Notes: generated by a model from the sequence alone, not told the origin. A DNA stretch of 64,000 bases from Eledone cirrhosa (GCA_964016885.1 CAXHJY010000370.1:13710-77709); one strand, 5' to 3'. Counted from the stretch's first letter, positions 47,073 to 63,996 are shown. Program-made: numbers and translations.

Positions 47073-47141
<69 letters not shown>

Positions 47142-47321
47142 TTCAAGAGTAACCAATCTTAAAGAAAGAGATGGAGAGAAGAGATTGGTGAATTAGTTAG
47201 AAGCCAAAGCGTAAAAGGCATGTGCTCAATGTGCAATATGCAGTAGAAAGCAGCTAGGTGGCTGGGTTCATGCAGAGGTTAGGTGCGCAGAGCTGGAAAT
47301 ATTCTTGTTTTGCTTAACTAA

Positions 47322-47361
<40 letters not shown>

Positions 47362-47624
47362 AACGAGTAGGACCCCGACGGCTGAGCTCAAGCCGTTTCG
47401 ACGGCGAATTCCAGAATTAGCCGTCGAAACAGCTTGAACTCAGCCGTCGGGGTCCTACTCGTTCCTATTATTACCCACTCTACTACCCTAAGTAGGGTAG
47501 TAGAGTGGGGTAATAGGAAAAAGTTTAACCCCCGACGGCACAGCTCAAGCCGTTTCGACGGCTATTTATGTCCAGAAATAGCCGTCGAAACGGCTTGAGC
47601 TCTTCCGTCGGGGTTAAAGTTTTT

Positions 47625-47683
<59 letters not shown>

Positions 47684-48252
47684 TTATTTATGTAATAAAC
47701 AAAACAAGACAATTATTTAATTTACCAAAGGTTTCACGAAGATAGCTATTTATTGATTTATTAATTTATTATTTGAGTGACCCGAATTTTCCTGGTCGTT
47801 TTTTTCGGCTGTGCGAATGATTTTAGGCATCGTCTCTATGTGTTGGTATTTTAACGATAGTTATAGCTCTGGTTTATCCAAACTATTGAGCCCTCTGCCA
47901 CACATGTCGAAGATTGTTTATCGTTATTTCGTGGGCCGAGATTCTGATTCTCGATTATTTACTTATATATATATATAGATAGAAGATATTATAAAGAGTC
48001 GGGACCCGACGGCTGAGCTCTTGCCGTTTCAAAAGCTTAGCCGTCGGGTTCCCGACTGTTTATAATAAAACCAAACCCTACTACCCCAAATATCTAGTAC
48101 TTTGGTGAGTAAACAGAGAAGGAGAATGAAAGAGAGGGAGTGAGCTGGTGGTGTTTTTGTGTGTATATATATATATATGTGTGTGTGTATATATATATAC
48201 GTGTGTGTGTGTGTGTGTGTTTATAACCAGTGTATATAGATCACAGACATCC

Positions 48253-48309
<57 letters not shown>

Positions 48310-48409
48310 TTCATATGTATACACACACACACATTTATATATATACATACATACACGTATATATATATATAGGCCTTCCAGTTTCATTTCACATTATATA
48401 CATGTCTGT

Positions 48410-48597
48410 AGGGCGGTGGATTGGCAGTATCGGTAGAGGGTCGGACGCCATGCTTTGTAGCATAAATTTACGGCCATTCTGAGTTCAAATCCCGCCGAGG
48501 CTAACTTTGCCTTTCATCCTTACGGGGTCGATAAAATAAAGTACCAGTAATGCACTGGGTAATTGCTGGCCTTGTGCCAATAGTAGAAACAATTATA
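48410..48597 (+). mobile_element. S1 SINE reference copy (tRNA head, Meta/MESC-like central domain, short tail)
   Basis: A-box TGGCAGTATCGG, B-box GAGTTCAAATCC, CTTTCATCCTTACGGGGTCGATAAAATAAAGTACCAG. The domain name is from recall and was not searched. Confidence 0.9.
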
Positions 48598-48923
48598 TAC
48601 ATGTCTGTGTATATTTTAATTATTTTAATATTATTTTTAAGTGAACATGATTTTTTAAAAATATTTAGAACTACATACTATATACTGTATATATACACTA
48701 TATATTATATACAAGTTTATTCACATTCCTATACACACACACACAGATATACATATATATGTGTGCGTGTGTGTGTGTGTGAGTGTGTGTGTGTGTGTGT
48801 GTGTGAGTGTGTGTGTCACATTCCTACTCACACACACACACATATATATATTTATATTTGGTCATCAAATATGAAATTTGTAAAAAATTCTTTTTTTCTA
48901 CAAATTTCATACTTGACGACCCC

Positions 48924-48967
<44 letters not shown>

Positions 48968-49885
48968 ATGTGTGCGTGTGTATATGTGTGTGTAGATCTG
49001 TATGTGTTTTTGTGTGTTTGCAGGTGTGTGTGTGTGTATGCATCTGTGTGTGTGTGCTTGTGTGTTTATACACGTGAACGCCTCAGGGGTGTAAGGTGCA
49101 ATTGTGAGAAGAGAGTGAAAGAGAGAGGGAGGAAGAGAGTGAAAGAGAGAGGGGAGGGAGAGATAGAGGCATGGCAGTAGAGGATTTCGTAAGATCCTTA
49201 AGTCAATTCCCCCTCCCTCTCCACCAAGAACCCCTCTGTCCCAGATCCAACATCTCCCCCTCACACCTTTCCCTACCCCACATCATCACACCCTCCTCTC
49301 TAAGGCCCACCAACGTCTTTCCCCCATCTACTGCAAGGTCGATGAGTGCACTTTTTATTTTATTTTATTTTTATTTTCAAATCTGACTCACGTTCGTTAC
49401 ACTATTTACGAACGCACGTCTATATACACACACACAGATTAACACACACAGATCAACACACACACAGATCAACACACACACACACATAGATCAGCACACA
49501 CACACACATAGATCAGCAGACACACACACACATATATATATATATTGCGTCAAGTATGAAATTTGTAGAAATTTGTAGAATAAAAAACAAATTTCTGCAA
49601 ATTTCAAATTTGACGACGCAATATATTAAAAGTAGCCGAGATTTCCACAGACACGTGTAACCCTTGACAGGGAGATTCAGTGTTGCACAGTGTGACATGG
49701 ACGGTGTGTTGAAATTACAGGTACAGTGATCTGACGGGCTTCCAATAATTTGCATTGTTTAGCCTTCTATCTTTCAACGTTATATATTATATACAATGCT
49801 TTAAGCAAACTATATATATATAAGAGGTTACACAACAGTTAGTTCACCATACCGAAACAATTGTTTCACCTTAGCGGATCCTCAC

Positions 49886-49921
49886 GAGCTGAGGATCCGC
49901 TAAGGTGAAACAATTGTTCTC
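49886..49921 (+). ncRNA. Minimal hammerhead ribozyme (family I) within a fold-back palindrome
   Basis: GAG-CTGAGGA-TCC GCTAA GGT-GAAA-CAATTGTT|CTC. Confidence 0.6.
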
Positions 49922-50153
49922 AGTATGGTGAATTAACTGTTGTGTAACCACTTCTGCCTAACTCGTCCCATGGACTGAGTACTCTACCACTACGGATATT
50001 ACCTTCTAGTGTTCTACCACTATATATAATTGGTGTTGGGTGCTTAAAGTGTCCGTATGCGGTAGGCAGTATGAGCACTCGATTCTCTCATAGAGCAGAG
50101 TATGGTATCACCGAAAAAAAGAGAATCAGTGTTGCGACGAATGGAATTTATTG

Positions 50154-50249
50154 GACATATTACAATCGTTTCTCTTGCGACCAGCTCCAGGCACGATCGA
50201 TGTGATGATCGAACCTGACTCTGAAAATCGCAAGGTCCTCAGATACGTC
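50154..50249 (-). ncRNA. Hammerhead ribozyme with extended stem II (family E)
   Basis: GACGTAT-CTGAGGA-C-CTTGCGATT...GGTCGCAAG-A-GAAA-CGATTGTA|ATATGTC. Confidence 0.75.
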
Positions 50250-50299
50250 TTGATTCTACGAAGCAGATTTTCCGATGGGAAAATTATATAACACGTTGT

Positions 50300-50374
50300 A
50301 TATATGTATTTATATATGTATATATATGTATATGTATACATATGCATATATATTTATACATATATATATGTATG

Positions 50375-50431
<57 letters not shown>

Positions 50432-50562
50432 ACATATGCATATATATGTATACATATATATATGTATGTCTGTATATATATATATATATTATATATATAA
50501 TATATATATAAAATATATATATTATATATAATATATATATTATATATAATATATATATATAT

Positions 50563-50601
<39 letters not shown>

Positions 50602-50680
50602 GTTATATATATAATATATTATATTATATATATAATATATTATATTATATATATAATATATATATATAAAATATATATAT

Positions 50681-50712
<32 letters not shown>

Positions 50713-50996
50713 TATATTATATATATATATATATTATATTATATATATAATATATTATATTATATATATAATATATTATATTATATATATATATTATATT
50801 ATATTATATATATAATATATTATATTATATATATATATATATTATATTATATATATAATATATTATATTATATATATAATATATTATATTATATATATAT
50901 ATATATTATATTATATATATAATATATTATATTATATATATAATATATATATAAAATATATATATTATATATAATATATATATTATATATATATAT

Positions 50997-51041
<45 letters not shown>

Positions 51042-51850
51042 ATATATATATATTATATTATATATATAATATATTATATATATAATATATATATAAAATA
51101 TATATATTATATTATATATATAATATAGTATATATATAATATATATATAAAATATATATATTATATATAATATATATATTATATATATATATTATATTAT
51201 ATTTATATATATTATATTATATATATAATATATTATATATATAATATATATATAAAATATATATATTATATATAATATATATATTATATATATATATATT
51301 ATATTATATATATATATATTATATTATATATATAATATATTATATATATAATATATATATAAAATATATATATTATATATAATATATATATTATATATAT
51401 ATATTATATTATATATATATATATTATATTATATATATAATATATTATATATATAATATATATATAAAATATATATATTATATATAATATATATATTATA
51501 TATATATATTATATTATATATATATATAATATATATATATATATAATATATATATAAAATATATATATTATATATAATATATATATTATATATATATATT
51601 ATATTATATATATATATATTATATTATATATATAATATATTATATATATAATATATATATGAAATATATATATTATATATAATATATATATTATATATAT
51701 ATATTATATTATATATATATATAATATATATATATATATATAATATATATATAAAATATATATATTATATATAATATATATATTATATATATATATATAT
51801 TATATATATATATTATATACATATATATATATATTATATACATATATATA

Positions 51851-51930
<80 letters not shown>

Positions 51931-52514
51931 ATATATATATTATATATATATTATATATATATTATATATATATATATTATATATATATATATATTATATA
52001 TATATATTATATATATATATATATTATATATATATATATATTATATATATATATATATTATATATATATATTATATATATATAAATATTATATATATATA
52101 AATATTATATATATATAAATATTATATATATATAAATATTATATATATATAAATATTATATATATATAAATATTATATATATATAAATATTACATATATA
52201 TAAATATTATATATATATAAATATTATATATATATAAATATTATATATATATAAATATTATATATATATAAATATTATATATATATAAATATTATATATA
52301 TATAAATATTATATATATATAAATATTATATATATATAAATATTATATATATATAAATATTATATATATATAAATATTATATATATATAAATATTATATA
52401 TATATAAATATTATATATATATATTATATATATATATTATATATATATTATATTATATATATATTATATATATATATTATTATATATATATATATTATAT
52501 ATATATATTATATA

Positions 52515-52546
<32 letters not shown>

Positions 52547-52604
52547 TATGTATATAAATATATATATATTATATATATATTATATATATATATTATATAT
52601 ATAT

Positions 52605-52636
<32 letters not shown>

Positions 52637-52742
52637 ATATTATATATATTATATATATATATTATATATATATATATATTATATATATATATTATATATA
52701 TATTATACAATATATATATATAATATATATATTATATATATA
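50300..52742. repeat. Almost pure A/T microsatellite block including a 17-bp periodic segment (52070-52410)
   Basis: Direct inspection. Confidence 0.95.
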
Positions 52743-53661
52743 GACAGTCCCATCTCCTCAGTCAACCTCTGGAAATCTCCGTGGTTTTGGTTAATTAGGG
52801 TCGATATTATTTACACATTTATGTATGTGTGCGTGATAAAGAAGAAGAAGAAGAAGAGAAGAAAATGTAGAAGAAATATATGAGTAAGAAGATGAGGAGA
52901 AAGAAGAAGAAGAAGATGAGGCGAAGGAAGAAGAGGAGGGGGAGGAGGCGGAAGTGCGACGTCAACAATTTTCCACAAACTACAATATTGAATGTATTAA
53001 GTAAACGAAAGACAATCTCATGGACTTAACCTCCTCCTCTCTCTCTCTATCCCACTCTCTCCACCCCCTCTCTCTCTCCTTCTCTCTCATTCTATCTCTC
53101 TATCTATCCCACTCTCCCCACCCCCTCTCTCTCTCATTCGATCTCTCTATCTATCCCACTCTCTCTCATTCTCTCATTCTCTCTCTTTCTATCAATCTAT
53201 CCCCCACGTCCCCCCCCTCTCTCTCTCTACACCCATTCATCCACAAACAACAGCATCTAAAACAACAACAACAACGACGACAGAAAGAGCAACAATGACA
53301 ATGAGAACAACAAGAATAACAAAAACAATAGCAAAGACAACAACAGTGACAACAACAACAACAATGACAACAACAACAATGACAACATCAACAACAATGA
53401 CAACAATAAAAGTAACAACGATGACGAAAGAACTCCAAGAACGAAATTAAAAAAAACCCCAAAGAAATAAGTAAAGTAAAAAAGGACTCACCCACCACCA
53501 CCACTACCACGACACCACCACCACCACCACCACCACGACACCACCACCACCACGACACCACCACCATCACCCTGCACCCCTGAACAGATAACAAAAAAAA
53601 CCTGACACTTAGATGGCGTCCGTCTGTTTAAATGCACTCCGTGACCCCACACATACACTCA

Positions 53662-53712
<51 letters not shown>

Positions 53713-54089
53713 CGTTTATATACTATACATGTATATGCACTCACTCAAGTTTATGAGTGTATTTGTGTGTATGTATACAACTAAATACATACACATGCTT
53801 GCTTACACACACACACACAGCAGCATTTTCTTCACACATCTCATAACATCATATCAGCCCCAGCCTCCACCAACCCACCACCACCAACAAGAAGAGATCT
53901 TCTACGTAGTGCTTGAACCTGTTAGAAATAGCAGCCAATTTCTTTATATCAAATCGCTCACTAAACCCTTTTTTAAAAAAAGAAATAGGAAAGCTTCCGA
54001 GGATTTGCCGCAGAGCATGTTCCAAGGGTTTAACGGCAGTGTTATCAAACCGAATGATGGATCAAGTCTACTAACTCCATCCAACTAAG

Positions 54090-56395
54090 CCGTAGCAATA
54101 TTTGAACTCAGTACACAAAGTAGCAAAATTTGAACACAGGACACAACGTAGTAAGATTTGAACACAGGACACAAAGTAGCAAGATTTGAACTCAGCACAT
54201 AACGTAGCAAGATTTGAACTTAGTACACAACGTAGCAATATTTGAACTCAGTACACAACGTAGCAATATTTGAACTCAGTACACAACGTAGCAATATTTG
54301 AACTCAGTACACAACGTAGCAAGATTTGAACTCAGCACACAGCGTAGCAAGATTTGAACTCAGTACACAACGTAGCAAGATTTGAACTCAGTACACAATG
54401 TAGCAAGATTTGAACTCAGTACACAACGTAGCAAGATTTGAACTCAGTACACAACGTAGCAAGATTTGAACTCAGCACATAACGTAGCAAGATTTGAACT
54501 CAGTACACAACGTAGCAAGATTTGAACTCAGTACACAACGTAGCAAGATTTGAACTCAGTACACAACGTAGCAAGATTTGAACTCAGTACACAAAGTAGC
54601 AAGATTTGAACTCAGTACACAACGTAGCAAGATTTGAACTCAGTACACAACGTAGCAAGATTTGAAGTCAGCACATAACGTAGCAAGATTTGAACTCAGT
54701 ACACAACGTAGCAAGATTTGAACTCAGTACACAACGTAGCAATATTTGAACTCAGTACACAACGTAGCAAGATTTGAACTCAGTACACAATGTAGCGAGA
54801 TTTGAACTCAGTACACAACGTAGCAAGATTTGAACTCAGTACACAACGTAGCAAGATTTGAACTCAGCACATAACGTAGCAAGATTTGAACTCAGTACAC
54901 AACGTAGCAAGATTTGAACTCAGTACACAAAGTAGCAAGATTTGAACTCAGTACACAAAGTAGCAAGATTTGAACTCAGTACACAACGTAGCAAGATTTG
55001 AACTCAGTACACAACGTAGCAAGATTTGAACTCAGTACACAAAGTAGCAAGATTTGAACTCAGTACACAACGTAGCAAGATTTGAACTCAGTACACAACG
55101 TAGCAATATTTGAACTCAGTACACAACGTAGCAAGATTTGAACTCAGTACACAACGTAGCAAGATTTGAAGTCAGCACATAACGTAGCAAGATTTGAACT
55201 CAGTACACAACGTAGCAAGATTTGAACTCAGTACACAACGTAGCAATATTTGAACTCAGTACACAACGTAGCAAGATTTGAACTCAGTACACAATGTAGC
55301 GAGATTTGAACTCAGTACACAACGTAGCAAGATTTGAACTCAGTACACAACGTAGCAAGATTTGAACTCAGCACATAACGTAGCAAGATTTGAACTCAGT
55401 ACACAACGTAGCAAGATTTGAACTCAGTACACAAAGTAGCAAGATTTGAACTCAGTACACAAAGTAGCAAGATTTGAACTCAGTACACAACGTAGCAATA
55501 TTTGAACTCAGTACACAACGTAGCAATATTTGAACTCAGTACACAACGTAGCAAGATTTGAACTCAGCACACAGCGTAGCAAGATTTGAACTCAGTACAC
55601 AACGTAGCAAGATTTGAACTCAGTACACAATGTAGCAAGATTTGAACTCAGTACACAACGTAGCAAGATTTGAACTCAGTACACAACGTAGCAAGATTTG
55701 AACTCAGCACATAACGTAGCAAGATTTGAACTCAGTACACAACGTAGCAAGATTTGAACTCAGTACACAACGTAGCAAGATTTGAACTCAGTACACAACG
55801 TAGCAAGATTTGAACTCAGTACACAAAGTAGCAAGATTTGAACTCAGTACACAACGTAGCAAGATTTGAACTCAGTACACAACGTAGCAAGATTTGAAGT
55901 CAGCACATAACGTAGCAAGATTTGAACTCAGTACACAACGTAGCAAGATTTGAACTCAGTACACAACGTAGCAATATTTGAACTCAGTACACAACGTAGC
56001 AAGATTTGAACTCAGTACACAATGTAGCGAGATTTGAACTCAGTACACAACGTAGCAAGATTTGAACTCAGTACACAACGTAGCAAGATTTGAACTCAGC
56101 ACATAACGTAGCAAGATTTGAACTCAGTACACAACGTAGCAAGATTTGAACTCAGTACACAAAGTAGCAAGATTTGAACTCAGTACACAAAGTAGCAAGA
56201 TTTGAACTCAGTACACAACGTAGCAAGATTTGAACTCAGTACACAACGTAGCAAGATTTGAACTCAGTACACAAAGTAGCAAGATTTGAACTCAGTACAC
56301 AACGTAGCAAGATTTGAACTCAGTACACAACGTAGCAATATTTGAACTCAGTACACAACGTAGCAAGATTTGAACTTAAGACGCGATGTAGCAAG
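54090..56395. repeat. 28-bp satellite, ~82 copies (GATTTGAACTCAGTACACAACGTAGCAA)
   Basis: Head-to-tail near-identical units with higher-order periods of 504 and 1232 bp. Confidence 0.97.
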
Positions 56396-56568
56396 ATTCG
56401 GAATAAATATAGCAAAGCATCTTATTATACGACATCTCGTATGTCAGAATTATGCTTAGTTTTGATGTACGAAACTACAACGTAGTTTTTGATGTACGGC
56501 GAGTTATATCACTTGAACCCTTATTGAACTTCGATTGATTTAATATCTATTCCGCAAGGATCAAAGAG

Positions 56569-56630
<62 letters not shown>

Positions 56631-56676
56631 ATATATTAATAAATGGAAACTATATTTATAAAACCATATTTATTTT

Positions 56677-57690
56677 AGAGTTACTATAGACTACCCAAGT
56701 AGACACCCCAACCATCGATTACCTGTACTAGACACAGAGCTCTGGTTAGATACTATTAACAACCAAAAACAAATCCTCCATTCCCATTATGCCAAACCCA
56801 TGACTTCCAAACATCTGATCCACCGAAACTCGGCCATTTCGGACCATACCAAAATCAACATACTGATTGCGGATTTGGTACGGGTGATGAGAAATGTGTC
56901 CCGCATGTGCAACCCCGAAGAACTAGAGAGACACATACAACACTTCATCCACCGTATGCAGTTCTCTGGCTACAATCAGAGAGATAGAATCAGAGTGTAT
57001 AAAGGAGCCAGAACCAAATGGGAAAAAATGGTAAATAATGACATAAATGGGACCTGCCCCTTGTATAGGAGCAAATTTTGGAATAGAATAGAAAGAACTA
57101 AGAACAAGGCCAATAGAATAAACTCATGGTATGATAGCAATAAATACCAGAGTGTAATGTTCATCAATACAACCCCTAGAGGCGAACTAGCCTACAAATT
57201 TAGAAGGGCCCTAAAGAAACATAATCTCAATATTAAGATAGTAGAAAGACCTGGTACCTCCGTAAAAACACTTATTAGCAAGACATACCCGTTCCAAAGA
57301 CCCTCATGTATAGATAAGAAATGTATAACCTGTAAAATAAGCCCCCATATTAACTGTAAAACTAGAAATGTAGTATATAGCATAAGATGTACTGAAGGAC
57401 AATGTAGAGACAAAAATATAGTGTACATAGGTGAGACAGCTCGTAGTATAGGGGAACGAATAAATGAACACTGGCGAGACCTCCAAGATAGTAAAGAATC
57501 ATCTGTGCTCTACCAACATGCTAAGATAGAACACAGGGGTAAATTAGAGAGCATAGAAATAAAAATAGAATCCACACACAAGAAAGACGCAATGTTTAGG
57601 CAAATTACAGAGGCAGTAAGCATAAAAGAATTAAAACCAAAATTAAATAGAAAATATGAGTGGAACAGCAACATGACAACTTACAATTAA
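56677..57690 (+). CDS. Penelope-like element ORF, 5'-truncated (RT C-terminal/thumb, Cys linker, GIY-YIG endonuclease)
   Basis: Open frame VTIDYPS..LPVLDTELW..YAKPMTSKHLIHRNSA..CIDKKCITC..NVVYSIRC..YIGETARSIGERINEH..EAVSIKELKPKLNRKYEW. Confidence 0.92.
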   Translation, partial: RVTIDYPSRHPNHRLPVLDTELWLDTINNQKQILHSHYAKPMTSKHLIHRNSAISDHTKINILIADLVRVMRNVSRMCNPEELERHIQHFIHRMQFSGYNQRDRIRVYKGARTKWEKMVNNDINGTCPLYRSKFWNRIERTKNKANRINSWYDSNKYQSVMFINTTPRGELAYKFRRALKKHNLNIKIVERPGTSVKTLISKTYPFQRPSCIDKKCITCKISPHINCKTRNVVYSIRCTEGQCRDKNIVYIGETARSIGERINEHWRDLQDSKESSVLYQHAKIEHRGKLESIEIKIESTHKKDAMFRQITEAVSIKELKPKLNRKYEWNSNMTTYN

Positions 57691-58003
57691 GGACAAAATG
57701 AAAACACACACACACATAGAACAAACAACTTACAATTGAAAACACACACAAAATGAAAACACACACAAGACAAAATGAAAACACACACACACATAGAACA
57801 AACAACCAACCAACAATAAATAAATAAATAAATAAATAAACAAACAAATAGAAAAATATAAATAGAAAAATAGAAAAATGAACACAAACACACACAGACA
57901 CCCGGATGTGGCGCATGCGCAAACTGAGCACGCAACCCACACACAAACAAAATGGCGTAGGATAGAAGAAAGGAAAGGCACAGAAACGAAGAAAGAAATC
58001 CCC

Positions 58004-58048
58004 AGTCACTGAAGAGGTCACAGAGTGTGTGACGAAAGAACTATGACT
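58004..58048 (+). ncRNA. Hammerhead ribozyme in PLE 3' pLTR (family D)
   Basis: AGTCA-CTGAAGA-G-GTCACA GAGTG TGTGAC-GAAA-GAACTA|TGACT. Confidence 0.85.
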
Positions 58049-58268
58049 ATATATATATAAACAACTATCTGGTTGTGGAACCAACCAACCAACCAGAAAT
58101 TTATAAATTTGTAAATTTATAAATATATAATAAATTAAATTGAAGTGAAAGCAACTGGTGCGTGTGTTTCTTATTGGCAACATGACCCTCCCAAAGTATA
58201 ACAATATCGGTTTCAACACACGATTTCAGATAAAGAATCTTGCTAAACAAATTCAGAAACGACATATT

Positions 58269-58333
58269 TATTTCATTATACATATTTCAAGGACACCAAG
58301 TCAAATTATGGCGTGCTTTCATCAGACAAAATA
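58269..58333 (-). ncRNA. Hammerhead ribozyme (family B)
   Basis: TATTTTGT-CTGATGA-(ACGCCA/TGGTGT)-GAAATATGTATA|ATGAAATA. Confidence 0.7.
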
Positions 58334-58382
58334 TAATATAGATCAGTTTTATAAATAAATATTGACATACCCTTAAAAAATG

Positions 58383-58428
<46 letters not shown>

Positions 58429-58550
58429 ATATATATATATATAGTAATAATTGTTTCTACTTTTGGCACTAGAAGATCCCGTTAAGGGTGAAACTTTAAT
58501 CTGTTATTTTAATATATATATATATATATATATCTTCCCCCACACTTTTC

Positions 58551-58582
58551 ACCTGAAGAAGGGCTTATGCCCGAAACGTCGT
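58551..58582 (+). ncRNA. Minimal hammerhead ribozyme (family G-like, short stem I)
   Basis: AC-CTGAAGA-A-GGGC TTAT GCCC-GAAA-CGTC|GT. Confidence 0.65.
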
Positions 58583-58667
58583 TCCCCACCACCACCCCAC
58601 TCTCAAGAGCGTGAAATTAATAAACCTTTGTTCGTACTGCCTCTCTGTTTTGTTCCCGTTCAATTTT

Positions 58668-58708
<41 letters not shown>

Positions 58709-59067
58709 ACAAGTAAGACCCCGACGGCTGAGCTCAAGCCGTTTCGACGGCTAATTCTTGGTCCAGAATTAGCCGTCGAAACGGCTTGAGCTCAGCCGTC
58801 GGGGTCTTACTTGTTCCTATTACCCTAAGTATTGAGTACTTTGGTGCGTTATGGTCCACCTGGTTCCTTACCACATTTCTTTCGTTTTATATATATATAT
58901 ATATGCGTGTGTGTGTGTGTGTGTGTTTTTGTGTGTGTGTGTGTGTGTGTGTGTGGATATATATACTGGAAAATGTGTGAAATCCTTGGTACGGTTAGGT
59001 ATATTTAAAAAAAGGAAAATAATCAAATTGTTTAGAACTACAAGCGAAGTCATTCTTTTCCCTTTTT

Positions 59068-59138
<71 letters not shown>

Positions 59139-59153
59139 GTAGTTCCACCATAC

Positions 59154-59192
59154 CGAGAACAAATGTTTCACCTTATTCGGATCGCCAGCTCG
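59154..59192 (-). ncRNA. Hammerhead relic (family I, core CTGGCGA)
   Basis: CGAG-CTGGCGA-TCC GAATAA GGT-GAAA-CATTTGTT|CTCG. Confidence 0.5.
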
Positions 59193-59431
59193 ACATTTGT
59201 TCTCGGTATGGTGAACTAACTGTTGTGGAACTACTTCTACTAAAGTCGTCCCATGGACTGGACTTAGTGTTCTACTACCACGGATATAACCCTCCAGTGT
59301 TCTACTATTATATATATATATATACAAATATCTATATATAAGTTTATCCCGTGTTTAATCGGGGTAACCACAGTAAGTAAGGTACTTCTACCACCAGTAA
59401 AGATATAAATACCACCATATTACTTGGACAG

Positions 59432-59537
59432 TCAAAGCCTTTTTGTAGGTGGTCATGATTGCATTTTTTGCCAGCTTCTTATAGGTCGGTAAGTCCAACT
59501 CATATACGTTTTTAGTTTTATCAGAGGGGACATATAT
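59432..59537 (-). mobile_element. Penelope-like RT N-terminal fragment
   Basis: VPSDKTKNVYELDLPTYKKLAKNAIMTTYKK resembles the PLE (A/S)DKT.N.Y...Y...YK motif. Confidence 0.6.
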
Positions 59538-59930
59538 ATCATATATATATATATATATAGAATTTAAAAATTTACAAAGAGAGAACAAGACAAAACAAAA
59601 CGAAAAATAATTTTTTTATGAGAAACCTTAAAAATTATTATCAAAAGAAAAAAAAAATACAAACGAAGTACACAGAACTCCATGGCCATCAACTATTGAG
59701 ATGGACTTGGCAAGTTTCAACCCCTACCAATGATATTGCTGGTCGATCCGAGGTCTCAGCATCTGACATAAGCCAAACGCTGTCCAGTGGAATAACATAT
59801 ATAAGCGACTCTTTGCTTAAACTTTAATCTGTTATTTTAATAAATATTTGCTCTACGGTTCTTATATGTTTGATATATATTTATCCTTATCGAACCCTCT
59901 TTGGATTTTAGTCTTCACATTTATTATTAT

Positions 59931-59976
<46 letters not shown>

Positions 59977-60376
59977 ACCAATATATATATAAATCTACCA
60001 TATATATATAAATCTACCATATATATATAAATCTACCAAAAGTTTACGGTAGTGTCCAATCCGTATGAAGAACTCAATGTAATCCGGATATCATGGAAAG
60101 AAGAGATGCATTCAAAAATCACTTTCGGTGAAAGATAAACGGAATACAGAGTCAAGATAAAATATTAAAAAAATAATGAATAAAACAATGAAACAGTTCC
60201 TTATATTAAACAAAAAAAGTTCATTATTTAACGATCGTTTCTAGGACATATATGTGTTAGCATTGGCATGCATACTCAAAAGATCTATGTACAAAATTAT
60301 ACAAAATTATACAAACTATCAAATAGAATATACATACCAACACATACATATGCCGTCTTCAGAAACGCATATCAGA

Positions 60377-60521
60377 TTATTTCTGAAGACGGCATATGTA
60401 TGTGTTGGTATGTATATTCTATTTGATAGTTTGTATAATTTTGTATAATTTTGTACATAGATCTTTTGAGTATGCATGCCAATTCTAACACATATATGTC
60501 CTAGAAACGATCGTTAGATAA
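60377..60521 (+). ncRNA. Hammerhead ribozyme with ~114-nt stem II domain (family J); inverted copy at 60225-60365 (-)
   Basis: TTATTT-CTGAAGA-C-GGCATATGTATGTGTTGG...CTAACACATATATGTCC-TA-GAAA-CGATCGTT|AGATAA. Confidence 0.65.
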
Positions 60522-60584
60522 TGAACTTTTTTTGTTTAATATAAGGAACTGTTTCATTGTTTTATTCATTATTTTTTTAATATT

Positions 60585-63260
<2,676 letters not shown>

Positions 63261-63484
63261 ACAATTAAGTTAAAGATGTACATCCATATATGTATACTGA
63301 AATACTAGTATGTATATGAATACACACACGTATACATATGTAGATGTACCAAGTTTTTTCACTGGTCACTTTACTGTGAGTGGCCAGCTATTCTGTATGT
63401 AAACACACGGACAAACCGGTTTTTAGAGTCATACTGGTTTTTGAGGAAACACATTTCGTCTATTCTCCAGAAAGCCAGACAAGG

Positions 63485-63529
63485 AATATTGAACTAGTTT
63501 CGTTGTTGTTACAACTCATCAGCAATATT
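63485..63529 (-). ncRNA. Minimal hammerhead ribozyme (family F-related)
   Basis: AATATTG-CTGATGA-GTTGT AACA ACAAC-GAAA-CTAGTT|CAATATT with perfect stems. Confidence 0.88.
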
Positions 63530-63951
63530 TACCTATCTTCCGGCCTCTCTAGAGAATCGTAAAAGCACATATCGTTATATGCTTTTTCTATGAAAATTAG
63601 TAGTGGGCAGACTAATTTGCATAGAGTGTGAGTAAGTACCGGTTCAACGGAGACGATAAAAACAAATAACGAAACGAAATTAAATTTCGTTTCGTTTGTA
63701 ACTCACTTTTGTATGACTGACGCTTAAACAATTAAGTTAAAGATGTACATCCATATATGTATACTGAAATACTAGTATGTATATGAATACACACACGTAT
63801 ACATATGTAGATGTACCAAGTTTTTTCACTGGTCACTTTACTGTGAGTGGCCAGCTATTCTGTATGTAAACACACAGACAAACCGGTTTTTAGAGTCATA
63901 CTGGTTTTTGAGGAAACACCTTTCCTCTATTCTCCAGAAAGCCAGACAAGG

Positions 63952-63996
63952 AATATTGAACTAGTTTCGTTGTTGTTACAACTCATCAGCAATATT
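63952..63996 (-). ncRNA. Minimal hammerhead ribozyme (second tandem copy)
   Basis: Identical to 63485-63529, 467 bp away. Confidence 0.88.

Noticed and set aside
48410-48495. tRNA gene call for SINE heads
   Set aside because: A/B boxes are present but there is no cloverleaf, and they are always joined to the SINE body.
54090-56395. CRISPR-like appearance of the 28-bp array (also 37150-37545)
   Set aside because: No unique spacers, no cas genes and a eukaryotic context. These are tandem satellites.
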